The translations under genes and the position numbers were made by a program. The notes under the pieces are model-generated. The model did no database searches. It was not told the origin of the DNA and saw only the letters and a program-made list of their open reading frames with translations. Source: Archaeoglobus fulgidus DSM 4304 (GTDB lineage: Archaea; Halobacteriota; Archaeoglobi; Archaeoglobales; Archaeoglobaceae). From it: a stretch of 32,000 nucleotides of DNA. Positions within the stretch are counted from its first letter, which is position 1, and each line of letters begins with the position of its first letter. The stretch spans positions 120,001-152,000 of the forward strand of contig NC_000917.1 in the NCBI RefSeq assembly GCF_000008665.1, read 5' to 3'. Shown in pieces: positions 7,567 through 15,308 of the stretch.

Positions 7567-8975
7567 TGGTAGGCTTTGCAGCACTGCTTTACGATGGGAG
7601 TGGAGGGGGAGAAATCAGGTTTAGGGCAAGACTTCTTAAGCCCAGATGGGTTATTTTCCTACTCACAGCGATAAATCTTTCCGTTTTCCTGCTCATAATT
7701 TTCACAGGTCTTTTCGGCAGTGCTGTTGGCAGTGAGAACTTTTCCATTGCCGTTACGTGGATTCTCTGGTTTGCGTTAGTTGAGTTCATGATTCTGTTCG
7801 CTGCAAGAGTCTGGTGTGCCGTCTGTCCCATTCCTGTCATAGGAGAGTGGCTCAAAAGGAGGAGGATTCTGGGAGTGAGGGAATTTGAAAGCAGCTTCAC
7901 TTTTCCCGCAAGATACAGGAACATGTGGATTCCAGCCATTGGCTTCCTTCTGCTTTCCCTGTTCATTCCGTGGATAGTAACCAAGCCCCTCGTTACAGCT
8001 TTGCTCTTCATTTCCCTAATTGCTGTTGCGACGGCAATGTATCTCATCTATCCTCCAAGATACTTCTGCAGGCACGTCTGTCCGGCAAGCGGATACATCG
8101 GCTATCACTCCAATGCCTCCCTCCTTGCTTTGAGGAGTGAGGACAGGGAGAAGTGCAGGAGATGTGAGAAGTTCTGCCTGAAAGGGAGCGAAGAGGGTTA
8201 CGCCTGCCCGTGGAAGCTATATCCCGGAGGGAACGAGGAGAACACCTACTGCGGGCTATGCCTTGAGTGCCTCAGGACATGCAGATACGACAACCTCAGC
8301 TTCAGGCTCAGGTTGCCCTTCGAAGAGCTTTCAAAGAAGGCAGTAAGAGCTGGTAAGGCTCTGAAGCTCGATGAGGCGGCGATGGGATTCATAAGGTTCG
8401 GTCTGGCTATCTTCTACGAGCTTTTCTTCTTCGGCAGCCTCTACTGGCTCAAGGACTTCGGCAACATGGGCAATCCCTATGGAGTGAACTTGGAGAACGC
8501 TTATCTACTCCTTCCATCCTTCTTCGGGATTGTCAAGTGGCTTATATGGGCTGGAATCGTGGTCGGGACAATCGCAGCCTTCGCTGGGCTTTACTACATC
8601 TTCAGCTGGATTGGTGCGAGAATTGCCAAAGTTGACACCAAGCAGCTTTTCGTGGCCCTCAGCTACTCCTTGGCCCCTTACGGTCTCCTTGTGTGGGCTG
8701 GTTTTGCAGTTGGGCTGCTCGCCTACTTCCACATCTATCCATTCAGCGCCTTCCTCGACCCCTTCGGGGTGGAGAAGAATGCCTTTCCAGTGGCGAACGT
8801 CAAGCTCATAATACAGATTCAGGCTCTCTTCATTGCTGCAGGACTTGCTTCTGCAATTGTTGCAACTAAGAGGGTAGCCAAGAGGTTGACAGATAAATTT
8901 GAGGCCCTCACAGCGGTTTACAGCGTTCCTCACTTAATTGCAGCCCTCACGCTGATAAAAATCATAGCGGGGTGA
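7566..8975 (+). CDS. polytopic membrane iron-sulfur protein, NapH/NosR/MauN-type architecture
   Basis: 469 aa. Membrane-proximal motifs WCAVCPIP and FCRHVCPASGY (CxxCP / CxxxCP), plus CRRCEKFC...ACPW and CGLCLECLRTC Cys clusters. There are about 4 TM helices before the clusters and about 5-6 after. The start overlaps the upstream stop (TAATG). Confidence 0.7.
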   Translation: MVGFAALLYDGSGGGEIRFRARLLKPRWVIFLLTAINLSVFLLIIFTGLFGSAVGSENFSIAVTWILWFALVEFMILFAARVWCAVCPIPVIGEWLKRRRILGVREFESSFTFPARYRNMWIPAIGFLLLSLFIPWIVTKPLVTALLFISLIAVATAMYLIYPPRYFCRHVCPASGYIGYHSNASLLALRSEDREKCRRCEKFCLKGSEEGYACPWKLYPGGNEENTYCGLCLECLRTCRYDNLSFRLRLPFEELSKKAVRAGKALKLDEAAMGFIRFGLAIFYELFFFGSLYWLKDFGNMGNPYGVNLENAYLLLPSFFGIVKWLIWAGIVVGTIAAFAGLYYIFSWIGARIAKVDTKQLFVALSYSLAPYGLLVWAGFAVGLLAYFHIYPFSAFLDPFGVEKNAFPVANVKLIIQIQALFIAAGLASAIVATKRVAKRLTDKFEALTAVYSVPHLIAALTLIKIIAG

Positions 8976-8979
8976 GATT

Positions 8980-9360
8980 ATGAAGAAGGAGATTGCTGCA
9001 TTGCTTTTCGTAATCCTGATTTCCGCAATACCTGCATACCTGACCTACGACTACATTGAGTCCAGAAAGGAGAAAAATAACCCGGAGATTGTCATTGAAG
9101 CCCACATCACCGAGTCGGGTGGATTCAAACCCAACTACATTGTCGTTCCCAAAAGCAGCAAGGTAAAGCTCGTGTTTAAAGCTGCCGATGTGACCCACGG
9201 CATATTCATCCCGTCTCTCGGCATCAACGAGCTGATTCCTGCGGGCAAGGAGGTGGTGGTGGAGTTCTACGCCGAGAAAGAGGGGGTTTATCCCTTCATG
9301 TGCTCCGTTTACTGCAGTCCCTATCACAGGTTCATGCGGGGTATCATAGTTGTTGTTTAA
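8980..9360 (+). CDS. cupredoxin-fold protein with canonical CuA spacing (COX2 C-terminal-domain-like), N-terminal TM anchor
   Basis: 126 aa. DVTHGIFIPSLGINELIPAGK...GVYPFMCSVYCSPYHRFM gives H-x34-C-x3-C-x3-H-x2-M. GGGGTGAG lies upstream of the ATG, and the gene starts 4 nt after the upstream stop. Confidence 0.8.
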   Translation: MKKEIAALLFVILISAIPAYLTYDYIESRKEKNNPEIVIEAHITESGGFKPNYIVVPKSSKVKLVFKAADVTHGIFIPSLGINELIPAGKEVVVEFYAEKEGVYPFMCSVYCSPYHRFMRGIIVVV

Positions 9361-9385
9361 TAAGGAGTGCAGAAACATAGTCGAA

Positions 9386-9885
9386 TTAGTTCGGATTACT
9401 TTTCTGACTGCTCCCTTTTCTCAAATTTTTTAAGCAAAGCAGCGTTCGCGCTCCGTGCACCAGCTTTCCTCCGTATTCGCCGGTTATAGCAAAGAATACC
9501 AGAGCCATTGCAAGGGCAGCAAGAGAGTAATCTGTCAGGGAGTGCAGCACAACATATACAACCACGAAAACGTAACCTACGATGCCCGTGATCACCTTTC
9601 TCTGAATTATTGGAACTTTCCTCATATCGTAGCGGTACTTCCAGTCTATAAGCCCTGTAAGCATCGTGAGAGGTGTAACAATTGCAACGAACGACATCAT
9701 CGCCATGCAGCGACATCTACACACGCTGGCAGAATTATGTGGGATACTGGAATGTAGCTCATAAATCTGTCTGACCTGGCAACTAAGGCTAAGGCGAAAG
9801 ATGCCGGTGTTATGCCGTTTGTGAAATGGGTAAGAATTGGATGCAAATTCCTCAGCGTTACAAATCTTACGAGAAGCGGTATCAT
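9386..9885 (-). pseudogene. DUF2231-like membrane protein, apparent frameshift near 9700-9720
   Basis: The N-terminal piece (9885-9697) carries NLHPILTHFTNGITPASFALALVA. The C-terminal piece (9724-9386, other frame) carries ...ITGEYGGKLVHGA. Together they make one ~165-aa 4-TM protein. The family assignment is from memory of the HP..vHfP and GG.LV motifs. Confidence 0.6.
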
Positions 9886-10174
9886 CAGCCGAGTTCCTTC
9901 AGATAGGCTATGATATCGTTCAAGTCCTCATCGCTCATCTGCCACCTTGGCATGCACCAGTCGAGGGTTTCGTTATCATGCTCCCCCCATTTGAACTGGA
10001 CTCAGCAGGACCCTGACAGCAGCCCGGTGGGTAGTAGCGCTCATCACTGTAGCCCATCATTCCGCCACCGTAGCCCATCATGGGCATGTAGCCGTAGGGA
10101 GTCAGGAAGTTCAGCAGGAAAATCACTACCGCTACAATGGCGATTATCACTACAATCAGTTCGGACTTTTCCAT
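9885..10174 (-). pseudogene. Met/Gly/Tyr-rich membrane-anchored protein (paralog of 6788-7087) with a frame change at a homopolymer
   Basis: ORF 10174-9935 encodes a TM segment followed by YGYMPMMGYGGGMMGY. After the G6 run (C6 on + strand, 9983-9988) the -1 frame reads EHDNETLDWCMPRWQMSDEDLNDIIAYLKELG. That frame ends in a TGATG stop/start overlap with the DUF2231 start at 9885. Confidence 0.55.
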
Positions 10175-10212
10175 ATGATTTATTGTAAAGAATTGTTAAA
10201 ATTTTTCTAAAG

Positions 10213-10862
10213 CTATTGCAGCAGCCTCACCAGAGCCATAACCTGATGCAATCCAAAAATCGCCGTTGGAATTGCCGCACAAACTGCTGCCTGCTTTAAT
10301 TCAACATTGCGAGCGTTTTTAAGGGCGAAGGTCCAGATTAAGAAGCTCCAAGCAGTAACGGCGAGGTTCAGGAAGATGGCAGAATAAACGTAGCTGTCGG
10401 GGAAGTGGCTTACAAGTGATTTGACAAGAATTTCCGGATTTGCCGACAGCTCCTGCAGGTCAATTGTAGGGATTGTTGCTTCCTCAACATACTTCAGAGA
10501 CACCGGGATAGTTACAGCAGAGCCAAGCAAAGAGGGCATAAAGCCGTAGCCTGCGAACTCAAAGGTTCTTCTGAGCTCTCCTCTGCCATCAAAAAATGCT
10601 GAAAGACCGTGCATGACTGCAGCGATTATCAGCCACGCAGCAAAGAAACCGAGAAAGGTTGAAACAAGCTGTATGTACGCTCCCGCTATGAAGAAGGATT
10701 TAAGGCTTTCCGGAAGGGCTTGGGAGAGCTTCAGCATAAGCCTGTACTGGTAGAGGGCTGCAAGAAGCGAAATTCGAGAACGATCAATGCTGGTTTTTTA
10801 AGGTTGGTGTTTTGGCTGAGCATCAACCGGAAGAATTCGTCGGGGTTTGTTATTAGCTTCAT
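10213..10862 (-). pseudogene. Yip1-domain-like membrane protein, apparent frameshift near 10740-10780
   Basis: The 174-aa ORF (10737-10213) has 4-5 TM helices. An upstream 43-codon ORF from ATG 10862 (MKLITNPDEFFRLMLSQNTNLKKPALIVLE...) reads like the family N-terminus but lies in another frame. Confidence 0.55.
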
Positions 10863-11005
10863 GCTTGCACGGGACGGCATCGATTTTATAATATTTTGCT
10901 ATTTGCTACTAATGAGTAAAGATTAAATATAGCAAGTGTCAATGATTTTGTGAAGCATGTCGAGTTAGTTGGATGGAGGCTGCGAGAGGGTGGGATGAAG
11001 AAGTG

Positions 11006-11230
11006 ATGAAGTGGCTTGCAGTGGCGATTTGTTTGGCGATGGTTGGGATGGCTGTGATGCCAGCGTTTCAGCCACTAAACTTGGCTTTTGAGCTGTACTA
11101 CGGCCATCACGAATCGCTTCCGATTACGGCTGCCTCAGCAGCGTATGAGGGTATCGTTATCACAGCTACTTTGGCTGCCGCAGCAGCAACTGCGGAATTG
11201 GTGCACCTGTTGTTGCAGCAGTTCTTATAA
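11006..11230 (+). CDS. small hypothetical protein with signal-peptide-like N-terminus
   Basis: MKWLAVAICLAMVGMAVMPAFQP... preceded by GGTGGGATGAAG. I recognised no family, so coding status is uncertain. Confidence 0.3.
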   Translation: MKWLAVAICLAMVGMAVMPAFQPLNLAFELYYGHHESLPITAASAAYEGIVITATLAAAAATAELVHLLLQQFL

Positions 11231-11258
11231 TGTCAAGTCCTATAGCGATAGAATAGCC

Positions 11259-11629
11259 ATGAAACCGTTAGAAAAAGCTCTGTTCATAATCGGGGCTGGA
11301 GCACTGTCAAATTACATGTATTCAATTTTTTGTCATCCAAATACAGTGTCGATCCCGCATTCACAGTTTCAACGATGGTCTTTGCTTACGTGTTAGTCTC
11401 CGGGTTCATGTTGGTATTGGGGATAAAATACGGAAGAACGAAAATATATTCTGTTTGGAAAGCCGGATTGATAATCTTAGCGGGGTTTGCTGTAATATTC
11501 GCAGCCGCTTGGATAGCCTTCACCGGAACGTCTGCTAGTCAGGAAAGGATAGGGCTAGCTAAGAGTTTATCGGTAGTGATGGGTCTGATTGCTGGAGTTT
11601 TGTCAGTTTATGTCCTATCCAAAAGCTGA
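11259..11629 (+). pseudogene. small polytopic membrane protein, possibly frameshifted at a T6 run (11326-11331)
   Basis: ATG 11259 gives MKPLEKALFIIGAGALSNYMYSIF. The hydrophobic reading then continues in the frame of ORF 11330-11629 (SSKYSVDPAFTVSTMVFAYVLVSGFMLVLG...). Alternatively the gene is simply 11330-11629 with a TTG start. Confidence 0.4.
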
Positions 11630-11632
11630 AAG

Positions 11633-12042
11633 TTTTGTTTTTTCGGCAATAATTTTTTCAACTTTCTTTTTGCTTGGGTACTATTTTGCGATTTCGTTTA
11701 TACTGCAAAAATATCCAGTGTAGATCATTTCACTCAAATATTTTTTAATAATGTCGAAGTTTGCCTGATTCGCATCATGGGTGGGGCAACACTTGGTGTC
11801 CCGACTTTCATACTTCTGGCTCTGAATGGCTTTACAGTTGGTCATCAACTTGGCTGTATGAATATAGGTTTAATTGAAAAGTTAAGTATACAATACCCCA
11901 TGGCATTCTCGAAATCCCTGCCATCATCATAGCTGGAGCAGCAGGATTCAAAATTCCGTATGAAATTGCAGCATGGGTTGAAGCCAATGTCACGCTGAAG
12001 ATGGCGAAATTGATGCTGAAGGGTGTTAAATATGAAAGGTAA
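11633..12042 (+). pseudogene. SpoIIM/DUF95-like membrane protein remnant (no start codon, internal frameshift)
   Basis: Frame 1 reads ...HFTQIFFNNVEVCLIRIMGGATLGVPTFILLALNGFTVGHQLG and stops at 11932. Frame 2 reads IPHGILEIPAIIIAGAAGFKIPYEIA and stops at 12042. The NN..v, NG..G and PHGi.EipA blocks match the family as I remember it. Confidence 0.55.
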
Positions 12043-12155
12043 TTGGTAGCTGGAACAGATATGCCAAAGAGCCATCTAAAAGAAAGATTGTCAGATAATA
12101 AATCCCAGCATGTTATCTTAGCAACCTCATCGAATTTATAACGGAATCAGCGTGA

Positions 12156-12487
12156 CGCCAATGTCCGCAAACACAGCCTCCCACATCGTCGCCATTCCTA
12201 TCAGAAAAAGACAAGAAGGTAGGAAAGCAGGATTTACCAAAACAAAATATTCCTGAAAAGCAGGCAGAGGCGAATTCGGACAGAAATGGAACGCTTGAAC
12301 TTCTCGAAAACCTGCTTGATGAGGATGAGCTGACAGTTATGAAAATATTGCTGGAGAACAACGGCATAACTACCCATTGCACTTCAGAACAGGCTTCTCC
12401 CAGTCAAAGATATCTATGATATGCAAAACCTACAGGATACATCTGAGCGACTGGCTGAAAGGTTTGGCGGGAAAAGTGGACTCCTGA
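12156..12487 (+). pseudogene. decayed paralog of the membrane-tethered wHTH regulator (5354-5872)
   Basis: LLDEDELTVMKILLENNGITT aligns with LLNDDEAMVLKIIAENEGITQ. After a frame change, RTGFSQSKISMI aligns with RTDFSNSKMSMI and YRIHLSDWLK with FKVYLSEWVK. About 15 codons of the recognition helix/wing and the whole TM region are missing. Confidence 0.65.
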
Positions 12488-12539
12488 ATCCTTCAAGCTT
12501 TCAGGTTTTAGGGAGAATAGTTATATCTTAAAATACTTT

Positions 12540-12857
12540 ATGTTAATTATGAACGGATACATGCACCCCTACGCCTTTCCCTTCTTTGGAATGCTAATAT
12601 GGTGGATTCCGTGGCTGATTCTGGCCTATCTCGTGTATCAGGATGCAGAGAAAAGGGGAATGAACGGGCTGCTGTGGTTCATCCTCGTCATAATTCCGAT
12701 GCTCGGGATTCTTTTTCTGATTATATACATCGTTTTGAGGGAGAGCAAACCTGCGAGAGAGAAAACCCCCCTCGAAATCCTCAAGGAGAGGTATGCGAGG
12801 GGAGAGATAAGCGAGGAGGAGTACAGGAGGATGAAGGAGGAGTTGGAGGGGGGTTGA
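12540..12857 (+). CDS. small membrane protein with C-terminal SHOCT domain
   Basis: 105 aa with two TM helices around YQDAEKRGMNGLLWF. The C-terminus PLEILKERYARGEISEEEYRRMKEEL is the classic SHOCT pattern. The gene ends 3 nt before copB. Confidence 0.8.
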   Translation: MLIMNGYMHPYAFPFFGMLIWWIPWLILAYLVYQDAEKRGMNGLLWFILVIIPMLGILFLIIYIVLRESKPAREKTPLEILKERYARGEISEEEYRRMKEELEGG

Positions 12858-12860
12858 GGG

Positions 12861-14933
12861 ATGCATGAACATGATAGTCATGGAGAGGCTGCGCACTCGA
12901 ACTCTGAAGACATGCAGATGATCCACCAGCACCACGAGCACCACGGGCATGAAGAAGAGCACTCAGCCCACCACGAAAAGATGAAACATTCTGCAGATCA
13001 CGGAGACCACCACCGAATGATGATGGAGGACTTCAAGAAGCGATTCTACGTTTCTACACTGCTAACAATCCCAATATTAATCCTCTCACCTGCAATCCAG
13101 ACCTTTCTCGGATTCAGAGTTGAGTTTGCAGGGTCTCTATACATCCTCTTCCTGCTCTCATCTGCAGTTTACTTTTACGGCGGTTACCCCTTCCTTAAGG
13201 GTATCTTTGACGAATTGAGGCGAAGACAGCCGGGGATGATGACTTTAATTGCCGTAGCGATAAGCGTCGCCTACTTCTACAGCTCCGCAGTCGTTTTTGG
13301 GTTGAAAGGCAAGTTCTTCTTCTGGGAGCTGGCTACGCTGATAGACATCATGCTCCTCGGCCACTATATCGAAATGCGCTCCGTTCTTGGAGCATCAAGG
13401 GCACTGGAGGAGCTTGTTAAGATTATGCCCTCTGAAGCCCACCTTCTGAAGGATGGAGAAATCGTTGAGGTTAAGGTTGAAAACCTGAAGCCCGGCGATA
13501 AAGTGCTGGTAAAGCCCGGAGAAAAGATTCCCGTTGATGGTATTGTTGTTGAGGGCGAGAGCTTTGTAAACGAGGCGATGCTAACAGGAGAATCAAAGCC
13601 GGTCGCCAAAAAGCCCGGTGACACAGTTATAGGCGGAGCGATAAATGGCGAGGGGTCGCTTGTAGTTGAGGTTGAGAAGACAGGAAAGGACACCTACCTG
13701 AATCAGGTCATCGAGCTTGTAAGGCAGGCTCAGGAGAGCAAGAGCAGAACACAGGATTTGGCGAACAGGGCAGCTTTACTCCTTACAGTCATCGCTTTAA
13801 CTGTGGGAAGTGTTACGCTCGCTATATGGCTTGCCTACATTGCAGATTTCGCCTTTGCGATTGAAAGGGCTGTGACGGTCATGGTTATAACCTGCCCCCA
13901 CGCTCTTGGGCTGGCAATTCCCTTGGTCGTTGCGGTTTCAACATCCCTTGCAGCAAAATCCGGGTTGCTAATAAGGGACAGGCAGGCCTTCGAGAGGGCG
14001 AAGGATTTGCAGGCTGTAATCTTCGACAAAACCGGCACTCTCACTGAAGGAAGATTTGGTGTTACTGATATTGTGGGGTTCAATCACAGCGAAGATGAGC
14101 TTCTCCAAATCGCCGCATCCCTCGAAGCGAGGTCTGAGCATCCCATTGCCGCTGCAATTGTTGAGGAGGCTGAGAAGAGGGGGTTTGGGCTAACAGAGGT
14201 GGAAGAATTCAGGGCGATTCCGGGAAAGGGTGTTGAGGGCATCGTTAACGGCAGGAGGTATATGGTTGTCAGTCCGGGATACATACGAGAGTTGGGTATT
14301 AAGACGGATGAGAGTGTTGAGAAGTTGAAGCAGCAGGGCAAAACGGTCGTCTTTATCCTGAAAAACGGAGAAGTTTCAGGAGTAATAGCTCTGGCAGACA
14401 GAATAAGGCCCGAATCGAGGGAAGCTATATCAAAGCTCAAGGCAATTGGGATAAAGTGCATGATGCTCACTGGCGATAACAGGTTCGTTGCGAAGTGGGT
14501 TGCTGAGGAGCTTGGACTGGATGACTACTTTGCCGAAGTTCTGCCCCATGAGAAGGCTGAGAAGGTTAAGGAGGTTCAGCAGAAGTACGTCACAGCGATG
14601 GTTGGTGACGGGGTCAACGACGCTCCAGCTTTAGCTCAGGCAGACGTTGGGATAGCAATCGGAGCGGGAACCGACGTTGCCGTTGAGACTGCGGACATCG
14701 TTCTGGTTAGGAACGACCCAAGAGATGTTGCTGCAATCGTTGAGCTATCAAGAAAAACCTACTCGAAGATGAAGCAGAATCTGCTTTGGGCCACTGGCTA
14801 CAACGCCTTCGCCATCCCCTTGGCCGCAGGAGTGCTTTACTCAGCCGGAATCCTGCTGAGTCCCGCTGTCGGAGCGATACTCATGAGCCTCAGCACCGTG
14901 ATTGTGGCCATTAATGCCAGATTGCTGCGGTAG
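12861..14933 (+). CDS. copB: P1B-type copper-transporting ATPase, CopB type with His-rich N-terminal metal-binding region
   Basis: 690 aa. His-rich N-terminus (HEHDSHGEAAH...HQHHEHHGHEEEHSAHHEKMKHSADHGDHH), TM CPH motif (ITCPHALGLA), phosphorylation site DKTGTLT, TGES actuator motif and GDGVNDAP hinge. Confidence 0.95.
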   Translation: MHEHDSHGEAAHSNSEDMQMIHQHHEHHGHEEEHSAHHEKMKHSADHGDHHRMMMEDFKKRFYVSTLLTIPILILSPAIQTFLGFRVEFAGSLYILFLLSSAVYFYGGYPFLKGIFDELRRRQPGMMTLIAVAISVAYFYSSAVVFGLKGKFFFWELATLIDIMLLGHYIEMRSVLGASRALEELVKIMPSEAHLLKDGEIVEVKVENLKPGDKVLVKPGEKIPVDGIVVEGESFVNEAMLTGESKPVAKKPGDTVIGGAINGEGSLVVEVEKTGKDTYLNQVIELVRQAQESKSRTQDLANRAALLLTVIALTVGSVTLAIWLAYIADFAFAIERAVTVMVITCPHALGLAIPLVVAVSTSLAAKSGLLIRDRQAFERAKDLQAVIFDKTGTLTEGRFGVTDIVGFNHSEDELLQIAASLEARSEHPIAAAIVEEAEKRGFGLTEVEEFRAIPGKGVEGIVNGRRYMVVSPGYIRELGIKTDESVEKLKQQGKTVVFILKNGEVSGVIALADRIRPESREAISKLKAIGIKCMMLTGDNRFVAKWVAEELGLDDYFAEVLPHEKAEKVKEVQQKYVTAMVGDGVNDAPALAQADVGIAIGAGTDVAVETADIVLVRNDPRDVAAIVELSRKTYSKMKQNLLWATGYNAFAIPLAAGVLYSAGILLSPAVGAILMSLSTVIVAINARLLR

Positions 14934-14934
14934 C

Positions 14935-15078
14935 ATGCACGACCACAGGGCGAGGGTTCTCATACTTCTTCTCTCAGTCTTGGCGTTTTACTTCTTCTTC
15001 GTATCCACGAAATACGGGGTCAGAAGCGGTTTTGAGGTAACCCTGCTTACCTGTTGTCCCCCGTTCTCTGCACACTGA
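14935..15078 (+). CDS. 47-aa single-TM peptide with a C-terminal CC motif, tightly coupled to copB (speculative)
   Basis: The ATG lies 1 nt after the copB TAG. It encodes MHDHRARVLILLLSVLAFYFFFVSTKYGVRSGFEVTLLTCCPPFSAH, which is below the ORF-track size cutoff. A competing antisense ORF exists at 14988-15143. Confidence 0.3.
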   Translation: MHDHRARVLILLLSVLAFYFFFVSTKYGVRSGFEVTLLTCCPPFSAH

Positions 15079-15308
15079 TAGCAGATGCGGAGTTCCTGCT
15101 TGACTTCCCCATCAGGTTGCTTTTCAAAGTCAGAATGCTTCATTCGGAGATTATTGTTTGGATTACGGCAATCTCCGCGAATTTCTACTTTCTACAAACT
15201 GCTGAGGAACTGTATGGCAAAACCTTCATCCTCATTGTTTTCCATTACATCCTCACCCAGCCAAATCCCTCAAAACCCCTTTCTGCTAAAAATAAATAAA
15301 TTGAGCTT

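Noticed and set aside
7144-9378. Minus-strand ORFs 7144-7584, 7589-8047, 8505-8933 and 8962-9378 opposite the cupredoxin/NapH-like operon
   Set aside because: None has motifs, and all lie antisense to ORFs with strong family signatures and tight operon junctions.
10973-11005. N-terminal extension (MEAARGWDEEV) of the small 10973-11230 ORF
   Set aside because: The internal ATG 11006 has a better purine-rich upstream element and begins a signal-peptide-like segment. Even so, the whole ORF has low confidence.
12018-12030. Extra near-matches to the palindromic motif inside coding or pseudogene sequence (AAGGGTGTTAAAT at 12018-12030; ATGGGTGTTAAAT near 26609-26621; GCCGGTGTTAT near 9806-9816)
   Set aside because: Each has one or more core mismatches, none is palindromic, and none is in a promoter context. 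They are probably chance matches and are not counted as sites.
14988-15143. 51-codon minus-strand ORF downstream of copB, with an in-frame TAG separating it from a further upstream 17-codon ORF (tempting as a read-through or zinc-ribbon candidate)
   Set aside because: It has only one CxxC, so it is not a zinc ribbon. It has no RBS or promoter that I could see, and it overlaps a better-placed plus-strand micro-ORF. It stays as an alternative in the copB micro-ORF finding and is not called as a feature.
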